The notes beneath the pieces were generated by a model. That model was not told the DNA's origin and did no database searches. It saw only the letters and a program-made list of their open reading frames with translations. From the human T2T-CHM13v2.0 reference genome, Homo sapiens, in assembly GCF_009914755.1 (NCBI RefSeq), contig NC_060933.1: a DNA stretch of 64,000 nucleotides; one strand, written 5' to 3'. Made by a program: the position numbers and the translations under genes. Shown here piece by piece: positions 1 through 15,799 of the stretch (positions are counted from its first letter, which is position 1; each line of letters opens with the position of its first letter).

Positions 1-1125
1 GGCAGGTCAGATTAATCACTGAGTCTGATGCACCTGGCACCATCAAACAGCAAAACCAAAACCAACTCTTTCCTTATGTAAGTCAATCAGAGTTTCTGTT
101 GACTGCATTCAAGGAAGCCCAGCCAATTCAGGAGGAAATGCCGTTTTATTTCAAAAGCACAGGCACAGTTCGTACATTTGCCGAGGGAGGTAAAGGAAGG
201 TGTCAGCTGAGACTGCTCAAGTGCACCCTGCTTCAACGGCCTCTTAACTGGTCTTTCCCCATCAGTCTCGCTTGCCCCCAAAGCCTTCAGGAATACACTG
301 CATTCCAGAATAAATCAATTTATTCCAGATTCATCTCCAGAAAACACTTTTTGGGGAACAGGTGACTAGCAGTAGGTAGTGGGGGAGGTGGCATCTGTTG
401 GTCCTGCTCCCCCTCCAGGTAGGAATTCCCATCACCCACCTCACGATGGATGTGGTAGCAGTGAATAGCCTAGAGATTTGCCATCTCATAAAATTCCAAC
501 TTTTAATAGTAAATGCCAAATGCAGGCATTATGTTAAAAGTATGATTAACCCCATGGCCCATGGCAATCTGATTCTGAATCAAATCACCTACCACTGGCC
601 CTGTAAGTAAGCACCAGCTTCTGTGAGTTCCTGTGTCGCTGAAGAAAGGTAACAAGTAGGCACCTAGATCCACGTGTCTGAATTAGCGGGGGTGGATGGG
701 TGTTAGTGGTAGTAAATAAACAGGGCATATGAAATGTGATTCTTGCCTTGAATTGAGCCCCTAAACTCTCTCATCAGTCTATTAGGACAGAAGCTCCATG
801 GGAAAGCAGGCGAGGTCGACCATCACTGTGAAATACATGCCTGCCTTCTCAGGTGGAAGGAACTCATCTGTGTGGCCTGTTTGCCTGGAATCCTGTTCCC
901 TCTGCTCATTCCCTTCAATGCCAAATCCCACCCTCATTATGAAATGGGAGCTCAATGACCCAGAAATAATTTGAACAAACCTATTTCACTGAGGATGCAT
1001 TCATTTTTATCTTCATTAACTCTCTGGGGCCCTGTCAGGTATGCTGAGAGCAGGGTTTATGTTTCAACTGCTAGGTCTGGGGTATCTTAAAATCTGGGCA
1101 ATTTGTACATTTAACTGAGGCAGAC

Positions 1126-1208
1126 TTTTTTTTTTTTTTGAGACAGAGTCTCGCTCTTTTGCCCAGGCTGGAGTGCAATGGCGCGATCTCAGCTCACTGC
1201 AACCTCTG
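1126..1208 (-). mobile_element. 5'-truncated Alu (3' end of right arm)
   Basis: Poly-T then gagacagagtctcgctc...ctcactgcaacctctg; 9-bp TSD gaggcagac at 1117-1125 and 1209-1217. Confidence 0.9.
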
Positions 1209-1992
1209 GAGGCAGACGATATTTTGTGTTCTGTAGACAGATGTATTTTATATGAAGAAAACTGTTTCCCTTTTCTATGAAAAAAACATCGCATTATCTC
1301 CTTTTCTTTATGTTTTAACTGAAAGAAATTTTTTAAGTATTATGTTATCCAGGTGAATGTCACTAATTTGTTTCCCCCACAAACGAAGTAACAAACATTT
1401 AACAAGCCCAGATCTTTTCCTGTCTTAAGACCAAAACACGCACGCACACACAATGCTCCCCGAAGATGAACGGCTGGAGTAAACAGTAACTCATCCTGGG
1501 TGACTGGCTATTTATAAGATTTCACACAAGTAAAATGCTAAAATATGGGGAGTTCACACTAGGCTCCAAAGCAGCAACAGCAGAATAGATGGAAAAAATA
1601 CCCAGTCCTGAACCTTACCTCCCTGACGCCCATCGAAACCATCATTCTTATTCAATAAACTCTGCTTTTTATAAAATGTGGTGGTTCCTCAAAAATCTGT
1701 GTTCAGGGAAGTATTCTTCAAGCACATACAAGTATTATTACACAGACCACTAGAAAAGCTTCTCATCATTGAGGTCTCTATGCCTTCCTAATTAATAACA
1801 TAATTTAGCATTTCTATCCCACTGTATTTCCAAAACACACCTGTCTTCGGTGAATTCATGCAAATACAAACATCTTCTAGGAGATTATGAGGCGATGTGT
1901 TCAGAGCAAACCATAATCAGAAACAGCAAAACCAGAAGTCATCAGTCTCAGAACACTTTCTTCAAATACATAATATTCTGGTTTTATATTAA

Positions 1993-2307
<315 letters not shown>

Positions 2308-3019
2308 GAGAGTGTTTTCTTTAGCAGGATCCAACAGTTGAGCATCACTATTGTCTACTATACTCCTTTGGGGAAAATAGAAAACAGATTCGCCAAAACA
2401 TTGGGAGGTTGCATTAAGTGACTTAAGGTGAAATGGTCTTACAGTGTCTTTCCTCTCTGGTTAAGTCTTACATGGGGTCTGAAATTTTGTTCAAAAGCAA
2501 GGTTTCAATGTGCAGAATTCTTAACCTACAGAATGCCAGTAAAGAAACTATGTTATTCACTATCAAATTGGAATTTAATCCCCATTCTCTAGATCCTACA
2601 ACACAGGACCAGAGAGTTAATTGTGAAGTCCATTTTTTCCCCCAACATCCCTACAAATCAGTCAAGCTGATCTTACCAGAAGCATTGCTGATGTTCCATT
2701 GGGTCTGGATAAGTGGATGGACATTTCAGGAAACATCCTGTCAATGCGGCTGATCACATCATCAACATATCTACATGGGAAAAAAATAAACATGTGTGAA
2801 CTACAACTCCAGTTAAGAGCTACAGATTAATAGTATTCAAAAGACATTGCTTTTAAATATAATTTTAAATCAATATAACACATTTTTAAGAAGGCAAATA
2901 GAATTAGAAACCTTTTAGTCTTTACCTCTGTATGTCCAGATAATGTGTTTTTAATGCTAGTTCTTGATTTTTCATTTTAAGGCATGACTATTAATCTTCT
3001 TCTATAGGAGGTCAGAATT

Positions 3020-3560
<541 letters not shown>

Positions 3561-3634
3561 AGTTATATCACAATTTTTACTTAAATCAGTAGTCTGTGAT
3601 TATATTCTAAAATCTCTGCATATATTTTTAATAG

Positions 3635-4033
<399 letters not shown>

Positions 4034-4829
4034 TAGTTTTCTATGTATCTGTTACAGTTTTATTCCTAAACTCTCTACCTGGCTCTTACCCCAAACATAT
4101 CAGGCAAGCTATCAGCTTCATGTTTTCCTTGGAGATATCCCACCAAAAGGGAATCCTCTATTCTTATACCCAGATGAAACCTGTATCTCTTAAGGTTTTC
4201 AGTGACATTAAGGACTTAGCATGAGAACTGGCACATATAAAGGACTCAAAAATTTTAAGTGCCCTGATTGATAGTTCTACCACTTACACCATGGGCCAAT
4301 TCTGCAAAAATGCCCTCTCTTACTGGGATAAATTCTCCCCTACAGTGGTAGCGCATTGTGAAGACATCAGCCCATAGCACTGAGTAGGGTCTGGCTCAGG
4401 TCCTTTGAGAACAAAATCATACAAGAATTTGTGTTCACCATCCAATTACACTGGACACAAAGAGGATGTATAATATAATAGCTGACATGTAAAACTATCT
4501 ATTAAGGATTTTACATTGGATTTCATATCCATTGGCTACGACAAATTAAATTACATGTCCGTTAAGTCAGGGACATATAAAAGGTATATTCTCTTGGGGT
4601 AAGAGGGAGATTAGTTCTCGGTTCACAACATGAAAAGATTTTAGTTTGAACCTGGGGCTCATGAAAGATAGCAGAAAACATAATGCCTTTTGTTAAAAAG
4701 CGAACACACACGCCAGCTCTGAAAGTTAGAAAGTGACCCTACCTATTCTCTAAGGAAAGCCTATCAGGTTTTCCTTAGAGAATGTTATGTCGAGTTTTAA
4801 AACTTTAAGCTGAAGAAGGAAGGGGAAAA

Positions 4830-5420
<591 letters not shown>

Positions 5421-7811
5421 TCTGCTGATTTTTTAATAGTTTAATAAACAATCTTTCCTGGATGGCTAAGACACAGGTTGACCACACATCATCTCCCGTG
5501 GTTCCCTCTAGATTTACAGCATCATGACACACAACCTTGGATCTAAGCTTAAATGCTACAAAAGGGGTGAGAAGTGAAGAAAGGAGGAAATGAACTCATT
5601 TTTCATCATTGCCTGACGTTTCTTGAAATGGTGAAGGCACATGACAAAAACATCATGCCCAAAGTTTATACCAGGTCACTGGAAACATTTCTGCATGTAT
5701 ATACTTCTTCTCTAAATCTATATGTGTGGTTTAAACCCAGTTTCTTCCGACTCAGCAGGAAGCAAACATCCACTGTCCTGTGTGAATGGAGGTCATTGCT
5801 AAGTATATGCTAATGGGGAGGAGGATAGGCGATGTCTTCTGAACATTGAGGCTATTGTCCTCAATCAATAGCCATCATAGCTCTGGACAGCAGAAAGCAG
5901 ATGAATATGCAGATCTTCAGCACAAAGGTAACATCATAATTTGCTTTCCATTGTACCTTTCACCTTGAAGGCGTCAAGATACATTCTGGAAAACTAGTCT
6001 CCTTAGGAGGCTAGAAAAATAAAGAAATGAGGTGGGTTAAGTGATGATCCCAGGTCAAGCAAAAAGCCAGAAACCAAGCTCAGTGTGTAGATTTCTAGAA
6101 TTCCATGCCAACTACCTAACTTTGCTTGCTTTTAGTAAGGGCCAGAGTTCTAAATGGGCAAACAAATGTTCCTGGCCATTTTTGATTCCTTTATTGATGA
6201 GATTTTTACCTGTAAGAAAAGGCAATGGCAGAAGAAAAATAAGTTCCTAGGAAAAATATCTGCAGTTGGCACAGGTAAGTAAAGAGATCTGGGTGGGTTT
6301 TGTTGTTGTTTTGTTGTTTCTTCCCCAACCCGTGACCTCAGACAAAGCTCAGCAAACTCAAAGACTGTATGAAGCAAAATGGATTTTCAGGAGATTGTTT
6401 TCCATTCACATGCCTAATACAAAGGAGATGCAAATTTCTTTTCTACAGGTGACATTATGTATTTGCCAAAAGGGGAAAGAGAGAAAGTCAGCTGCATTTT
6501 TAGCTGAGGAAAACAATGTCTAAATTCTCGAGGCAAAAATCAAAACATTTCATTTTCAAACAGACCCAACCTTCGAAACACAAATCAACCACTAGTGACT
6601 TGACAGAAATAAGGAAAGCTTGGAAGCTCAAATTAAAAATCTAGAGACAAAAATGACACTCTTTCTTGTTGAGGGAGGGGGTGTTGGTATGGGAGGTGGT
6701 CTCTGGCAGTACTCTCTGAGTGCTGCCTCCCGAGACGGTGAGCACGGCTAGCGTCTGCAGCGGGCTCTGCAGTGCGGCGCCCCACTTTGAGAGCAGGGCT
6801 AAGGACAGGTAGGAACAGTGTGCTCCCCTCCTACACTTCCACCATATGTTACACTCTGTTCTGTGGCAGAATCAAATTACTTTAATTTTTACCTTTGGAA
6901 TATAGGCAAACAAGCAGTAACACAGCAGTGGTGACTAGTTTACACTTGAGCAGACGCGGCGCGGAAAGACATTAATTTAGTGCCAAATTGAGCAGTGAGT
7001 CACAATTTGCACATATCTGTCAACCTGTTAACAGGGTAATAACTTGGAAAGACTGCTGTTCCTATTTACATTACAGAAGGCTTTCGAAAATGGAGAGCTG
7101 CTTGGTTCTCCTTTTTGAAGTATTTGGTCAATGAGCTGGCTTGATGGTCCAAGAACTGGGCTAGAAACACAAACTTCTAGAAATTACAGATTCAAATCAA
7201 GGTATGATCCATAACTTCAGTATGTTCGGATAGAAAACGAACTTTTAAGCAACCAGAGCATTCTGTTTCCCTGCCCTTTGCCCTAGCTGCGGTAAGACTC
7301 TCAACGGTTTCCAATCCACTTTTTTCCAGCACAACCCAACCATCTCTTCCAGAAGGACAGCTTCAGTCTCAACTGCCTCAACATCTCCGCTGCATCAGAA
7401 ACAATCCCACCATTTTCAAATGGCGAAAATGGATTTCAAGAGCCCTATACTTTTGTTCACTTCTAATTTTCTTCAAGTAGCCCAGCTTGCTCCTTTCAAT
7501 GGCCTTAGTCCGAGAATTAAAGAACACCAGGACCTCAGAGGTCCTCTCATCCAGTGTCCCCAACAATTTACGGCTTGAACAGCATCTCCAACAGGTGGTC
7601 TGCATAAATACCCCCCATTGCCACCTCATGAGGCAACCCCTTGCATTGCCTGACGTCTGATTGTTTCAAATCCACTTACTAGTATCTGCACCCAATCACC
7701 CTACTTTAGCCTTTAGAATGACACACAAATATTTCCTCCAAAAACTAAAGGCTTTCTGGGGTCCATGAATGGACTTTATAAAAGACTGTTGGGTTTTCTG
7801 ATTTCTTTCAT

Positions 7812-8270
7812 CAGTGGTTTTTAGTCTTTTTTTTTTTTTTTGAGATGGAGTCTCGCTCTGTCACCCAGGCTGGAGTGCAGTGGCGCAATCTCAGCTCACT
7901 GCAACCTCCACCTCATGGATTCAAGCAATTCTCCCTGCTGCCTCAGCCTCCCAAGTAGCTGGGATTACAGGCACCCGCCACCATGCCAGGCTGATTTTTG
8001 TATTTTTAGTAGAGACAGGGTTTCACCATGTTGGCCAGGCTGGTCTCGAACTCCTGACCTCAGGTGATCTGCTTGTCTCTGCCTCCCAAAGTGTTGGGAT
8101 TACAGGTGTGAGCCACCACGCCCGGCTGTTTGTTAGTCTTTCTTGGGTCACAGATCCCTTGGAGAAGGTATGAAAATTAAAACACATGTCTGTACAACAT
8201 TTTATATACAATCTTCTGCAGTTCATGGACCTTTAAAGTCCATTCATGGATCCCAAGTTAAGCATCCCTG
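7812..8270. mobile_element. MER103C-like hAT-Charlie element, split by an Alu
   Basis: Ends cagtggtttt / catccctg; internal tgggtcacagatcccttggagaa and gttcatggac...ccattcatggatccc. Confidence 0.65.
7827..8127 (-). mobile_element. AluS (Sx-like)
   Basis: Full dimer; TSD ttagtcttt. Confidence 0.95.
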
Positions 8271-8356
8271 CTTTAGCCCTGTTCTAGAACTGTGGTCCCT
8301 GGTTTGCTTTTTTGTTCTTTTCTGAATGGTTAACTTTCATTTTTCAATAAAGCTAC

Positions 8357-8473
8357 TTTTATTTATATATAAATATATATAAATAATTTTATATAAAAAT
8401 ATTTATATATAAATATATAAAAATATCTTTATATATAAAAAATTTATATATATATAAATATAAAAATATATTT
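8357..8473. repeat. AT-only low-complexity tract
   Basis: About 115 nt of A/T with a single C. Confidence 0.9.
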
Positions 8474-8579
8474 GTTGCAGCCCAGAAGTGAACATAACTG
8501 AAATGGCATAGGGGGTACAAAGAATCTACTAATTCTGATCATCTTTAAATCATGTTTCTGTGATAGAGCCGCAGGCTAG

Positions 8580-9720
<1,141 letters not shown>

Positions 9721-9964
9721 TTTTTAAACACCTGCCTCTGACTGTTACTCATCCTTCCAACAAAATCAAAGACCTACCCCCATGACTTCAGAGGTCATCT
9801 GATTGGGGTAACCACTTTTGCCCTCTAAAGCCACATTTCTCATGCTTTACACCCATGCTCCTTGTTTGTATAAGTAAAGGGCTCCCTACTTTTTGTATCA
9901 CTGTTAAGGCACAGCTCAGTGGTAAACTAAAGTCTCAAGTCCTAGGAGGGCCAAGGAGACCTTC

Positions 9965-10410
9965 ACTCCAGCTGCAGTGACTGTTACAGCCTCATCTAGG
10001 CTTCTTCCACGTCCCTGAGCAGGCTCACTCTATCTTGGACACTGTGCACACTCTGTCTGGAAGATTCTTCTCACAAGTATTCTCACCCCCGTGCCTGGGT
10101 CATTCCTATTCATGCTTCCGTCTTTGAGTTTTCATCTTAAATGATGCTTCCTCAGGGAAGTACGGTCTCACACTTCCCTTGGCACCCCATCAGTCAGTGT
10201 ACCCCATTTTATCTCTCATGGTACTTTTAAATTTGCTTTGTGCTCCTGTCCCCTTTGTCATTAAATAATTTTTTGAGTGATTATTCAACACCTAACTCCC
10301 CTACAGAATTCTATGGGAACCTATGACTGTCTTCTTTGATGCTGAATCCCAGCACCTTGTCACAGTATCTGGCACCCGCTAAGCATGCCTTAAATATTTC
10401 CTGAATGAAC
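9965..10410 (+). mobile_element. L2 3' fragment
   Basis: aaatgatgcttcctcagggaag... and terminal cacagtatctggcac...taaatatttcctgaatgaac. Confidence 0.7.
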
Positions 10411-11498
10411 AGACTGTACATTAAAAGTAAGCCACGGAGACCCAAATTAGGCCATTATAAAACAACTACAATACAAAGTTCTCTTTAGCAGAGGAAGATG
10501 TGAGGTGTCGGGGGTCCATTACATTAGCCATCAAAAGTCACCAACAACAGCAACCAGAGAACTCCACAAAACAAACCTCGAAGAAAGCTGCAGAGCTCCT
10601 TTATAGTCTTCCAGCTTGATATGCAGCTCCAGAATCCCTGCATGTGTTTTAGTAGAAGCTCAGTGCCTCTTAGAAGCAAAACCTTCTAAAGAAACACACT
10701 GTTATTGACATGCCAATTTTAAAATGTTGCTTTTAATGAACTAATTAATTCTGCAAAACATTAGTACAAAGATGCACGCTACCAAATTGGGATTACAATA
10801 CTAAAATGATCACAAAACAGAATGTGGAAGACATTTCTAAAGATATCGCCTTTGCAAAACATTAATTTTTTACTCCACACATCCAAATACATTGCAAACT
10901 ATTTGTTATTAAAACCTTAAAATAATTTACTGGACAGATGGCTTAGTTCTCTAAAGACTGACCCCCTCCTCAAAAGAAAAAAAAAACACACACACACAAC
11001 AAATCTGGGCCCTAGCCAGTGATCCCATGTTAGTGTGATGCTTAGCAGCTCGAGCCGGATTTAAATAGCACTTACCCCACACAATGTGTAAAATATATGC
11101 TGTTCATTTTCTCCACCCGTACAAAATCTAAAAGTTAGGAATGCATATATTAATAGACCACCTTTTGGGGAAAAGGGTAATGCCCAGTAGATATCAAGAA
11201 GGGAATCATTTGCATGATCTGAAAATGATTTAAGATTTTCCTCTACACCTGTCCGCAGTGATGAGACTGAGAGGCCTTTGACAGTGGGTGGAAACAGACG
11301 AGGGCTTGTTTAATTACTTCAGGAGATGAGATTGACTGAAACTACAACTATCAATCTCAAGATGCTGAAGAAAGAGATTGGAAGCTTAGGTCAAATTTGC
11401 TTACTTCTCAGATTTATAAAATATTTATATCACGGTTGTGAAACATTTCTGATTATTTGCTCAAGAAAATCAAAAATACTTTCTAAACTGTACAACCA

Positions 11499-11855
<357 letters not shown>

Positions 11856-12714
11856 CCGTACAACTAAAAGCAAGACTAGACGTACTGCAGACAGAAATAA
11901 ACACACACTAGCTTAAATTTCCACACCATCTCTCACTACACACCCTTCTCATCCTAACACAACTGGCTACTTATCTACTGTGTTGTTCTCTTCCAAGGAA
12001 AGACACTCAAAAACTTCAAGATCTCTTTATGGCAACTCAACACTTAGGCAGGCAGAGCTGGCAAGATGAGGAAGAGCTGCTTCCTGGGAGGGAAATGGTG
12101 ACCAGGCAGCAGTAGATGGGGAGCTTGATCCTGTCTTCTCCTTAGTAGCTCTTGAATTTCGAGCCATGTGAATATATTACCTGATGAAATGTAGGAGAAT
12201 CACCCAGGCAAGCAAATAAAAGCTACCCCTCCATTTCCAGAAGTCGAAATCAATGCACAAGGGCCCAGCACACGCTGAAACGTATAAACCAACCTGCCTA
12301 CCTTCTTCCTGCTACGGGGTGTCAAGTCGCCCTTTGAGTTCATGGGTACGTCATGAACTAGAACACGTGACAAATACCATCACAAAATAGAGTTCTTCTT
12401 ACACATGACTTAGCATGATTTAGAGAAGAATTGTTTACTATTCCTACAGTATCTATTAATAAATATTTTTGAGTGCCTACTCCTCAACAATGACTGTGTT
12501 CTAGGAATGACATTAAGTACTAAGGATAGAAAACAATTATGGCAGCTGGCTCACAGGCCTTGTGAAAGGGGAGGATGGCGGGGCCCGAGCTTGGCCTTTC
12601 TGCTAGAGGAGGGAGAGTGACAGAGCAGGCACTGTTTTCCAGTTTTCAAAGCACTTTTGCACTCTTTGCCTCGCTCAATCTCTCGTCAACTCTGGGAAGT
12701 AAGCAGGGCAAGCA

Positions 12715-12830
12715 GAAAACTCCTGTTTTACAAATGACAGAAAAAAGAAGGCTAAGTGACTTGCCCAGGAAGACACTATGGCTGAGTGGCACAGCTGAGC
12801 CCAGAATCCACGTCTCTGGATTCCCCATTC
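12715..12830 (-). mobile_element. MIR
   Basis: cctgttttacaaatga...gctaagtgacttgcccagga core. Confidence 0.7.
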
Positions 12831-14489
12831 TAGGGCTTTCTTACACACCGCAGTGCTTTTATTAGGTCTGCGAGGATTCCTTGGAAAAAGCAGGTTTCAT
12901 TTTTGTCATTCTTCAGGTTTCTCATAAAACAACTGAGAAATCTTTTAGTAGTGTAGTAACAAAATGAAATCAATTGATGGTTTTCTTTCTTCCCAGTCAT
13001 TTGGTAAATATTCATGCAGTGCCTAAGTGAGCTCAGGGATGCAGTGATGACTAAGGCAGTCTCTGCCTTCATGGGGTTTCCAGTTTCTTCAAGGCAGAAG
13101 GCTTGTCTCCAGAGAAACAGGACAACCAGGTTAAACGTCCTGAAGTTCTCCTGCTGGGTTTTTGATTTTGTGACTCTCAATTAATGTGCAAAGTTGGCAG
13201 GAAACAGGGAGGAGTGAAACAGTGAATACTTGCTTTGCATTTTATTTTATATTAATAACTAAAAATATTAATATAATTAATAATTTCTAAATTTCTGTTC
13301 TTCTTGCATTACAAATTTACTCAGGTATCTTGTGGGTCCTAGTTTTCCCTAAAACATTTAAGCAACATACTAAGTTTGGGAAAGAATTTTAATGTCACTC
13401 AACAGCTACCTGCTCTGCATGCCCTTACATCTTTACGAGAGAGAAAAAAGAAAAAAAACCCCTAATAATAAAACACCTGTGTTGAGCTTTCCAGCAACAC
13501 CAATTAACAACGGTTATTAAGTCAGCCATTTCTGTCAGATCTGGTGAAATGACGCTTGGAGCTCAGATAGATGGTGAACTGAGATGCAACAATTCACATG
13601 GAGTTAAAGCAAAGCAACCTGTGGGCGGCAGACATTCAACCAGGAGCTGGCGAGGGCAGATGATGCCTGCCTTCCCACATTCCAATGGCTTTCCCTCCCG
13701 TGCCCAGGAAGGGCTGAGGACTGTCGCTGTGGCACCTCTTGGCAATGCTCGGATGTGGTGACTGCTTCCAGTTACTCAGTTTGCCGCACACGTGTAGAAC
13801 CATTATTTCATTTCCATTTGATTTTTTTAACGTCCCTGAGAATCTACATGGTAGATTTCACAAAAAGAAACGCCAAAGAGAATGATCACAATCACTGAAC
13901 GACTTGTTCTAGTCATAACCATACATTAAAGCAAATGCACACTCAGAGTCAGAAACAGTCAACACATCTGAGGAAACCGCAGAACCCCTCCTGGGACAAA
14001 CACGCTATTTGTATGACAGTAAGTTTGATAGTCATTCATCAGACAATCAACTCCTTGAGGGGAGAGTCTGAGGCTCACGTCTTTAATTCCTGCAATAATC
14101 CTGCACATAATGCATACTCAATAAACATGTGGTGAACGGGACTGATTTAAGTAGACTGAATCAAAGAGAAATAAAGATCCCAGAGTAAACACAACTTTGT
14201 TCTGTAATTGTTTCTTCTACAAGTAGTAAAAATTTCTTAATCACAAAATGTCATCCAACAAAGTGAACAGACACAGTGAAGTTGTGCCCTTCCTCTCCCC
14301 TTTACTGAGGGCATTACTGTAGGGCAGCTGGGTTATAAAGCAGGACTGAGATGATGACAAACGGAAAGTAACTCACACAAAAACAGACCTTCCTGGGCGA
14401 GGTGCCTCGGCTGGAGCTCCAGATTTTCCCACCTCAGGACTCATCCCCCAACCTCTTAAGTGAATTGCTTTCGGGTGTCTACTGAACAG

Positions 14490-14755
14490 AACCTTCAGTA
14501 GAGAAGCCTTCTCCAAGGCCCTCAAATGCACACCAGACAAGTGTCATCAATCACGGTATCCTTGCCCTGTCCTTCATAGTACACATCACAGTCTATCTCA
14601 CACATGTGGGGGAATGACTGTTTATTTGTTTACCTTGCCCACTAGACTGAGAACTCCACAGGGGGAAGGCACAGGCCATATTTCTCCCTGCCATCAGCCC
14701 CCAGCACACTGTCCAGCACACAGCAGGCTCTCAACAGACAACTGATAAATGAATC
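14490..14755 (+). mobile_element. L2 3' fragment
   Basis: cccactagactgagaactcc...cagcacacagcaggctctcaa...ataaatgaat. Confidence 0.7.
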
Positions 14756-14789
14756 TTGCACGTGGACTCCTTACAACTCTATTCAGCAC

Positions 14790-15020
14790 AACAGAGTCTG
14801 AAGCTGGGGCTTAGGAATCACAGGGACCTAGATGCTCAAGTTCTCACAGTGCCCTCATCTTGGACAAGTTACTTTAACCTCTCTAAGCTTTGGCATCCTT
14901 ATCTGTGAAATAAGGTAGCATCACTATCCTCTTCACATAATCATTATGAGAAGTAAAGGAGTGAACACAGCACATAAAGCACTTAACACAAAATAGGCAA
15001 ATAATGGTATTAGCTGTTCC
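14790..15020 (+). mobile_element. MIR
   Basis: cttggacaagttactttaacctctctaagctttggcatccttatctgtgaaat. Confidence 0.75.
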
Positions 15021-15359
15021 TTTTATGTGTACAAACATTGTCTTTTTCTGCACAAAAAGGTTAGGAACTTCTGTTTGTGTCTACAGAAATACAAAGCCTC
15101 AAAAAGTTAATTGCAGTCATGAAAACACCTCGAAGCATGAGCTTTAAAAGCAGGGATGTTCTTTCAGGTTTCTGGTTCATTTTACTACATCAATGCATTT
15201 CAGTTAGTAAGCACAGTTCTTTTCATTATTTTTCTAAGAAGGCCAACGAGAGAGTGGACAGACTGTTCATATTTGGCATGATCCTGAAATGACCTAGTCA
15301 GGAAGTGAGCTGGAGTAAATGGATCTGGCTTCTAGAACAGGGACTATGCTGGAGAGCTT

Positions 15360-15530
15360 TCGTTTGTCCCTCTGCCATCCCGCACTGTGCCCCAGGAGGC
15401 TGGCCTACACACAGATTACATCAACAAGCCTTTTTCCTCTCTGGCTTCCAGCTGTGTTCTGACCAATACTAGGCACTGGCCGGAGACTCAGAGGGCAGGA
15501 GAAGCACGAGGCCAAGGGTCCTTGTCCTTG
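15360..15530 (+). mobile_element. LTR33-like (ERVL) partial 5' copy
   Basis: ctgtgccccaggaggctggcc...tctggcttccagctgtgttctgaccaat...gagggcaggaga. Confidence 0.75.
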
Positions 15531-15799
15531 AGGGCTAGCTGTGACAACTCAGTAACAGCAAAACACCAATTTCTCCAATCCTACAGCAGGAAAGGTCTGG
15601 TTCATTCCACTATTCAGCAGAGGCACCAGCAGCAGAGGATAACAGGGACATGGACTGGGGGGAAGCAGAAGTCACCCATGACCAATGACATCACAGACCT
15701 TGTTCCTGGCGGCAGGGGGGCAGCAGCAGCTATGTTTCATGTTCACTGTTTCTCCACCCCCTGCCCCACTACCTTATGTAAAGAGCATTGGGTGGGAAA

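Noticed and set aside
1615-1755. Strong minus-strand donor GAG|gtaagg with an upstream ttttctag
   Set aside because: Short pyrimidine tract with a nearby upstream AG; such pairs are frequent in 64 kb
5964-6010. 47-nt AG..GT bounded minus-strand segment
   Set aside because: Weak donor (gtgaaa), frame-shifting length, no other support
12300-12370. Possible small minus-strand exon (ttctag|...GAAG|gtaggc) with CRE/E-box motifs and an 8-bp hairpin
   Set aside because: Poor pyrimidine tract, unrecognised peptide, motifs short enough to be chance
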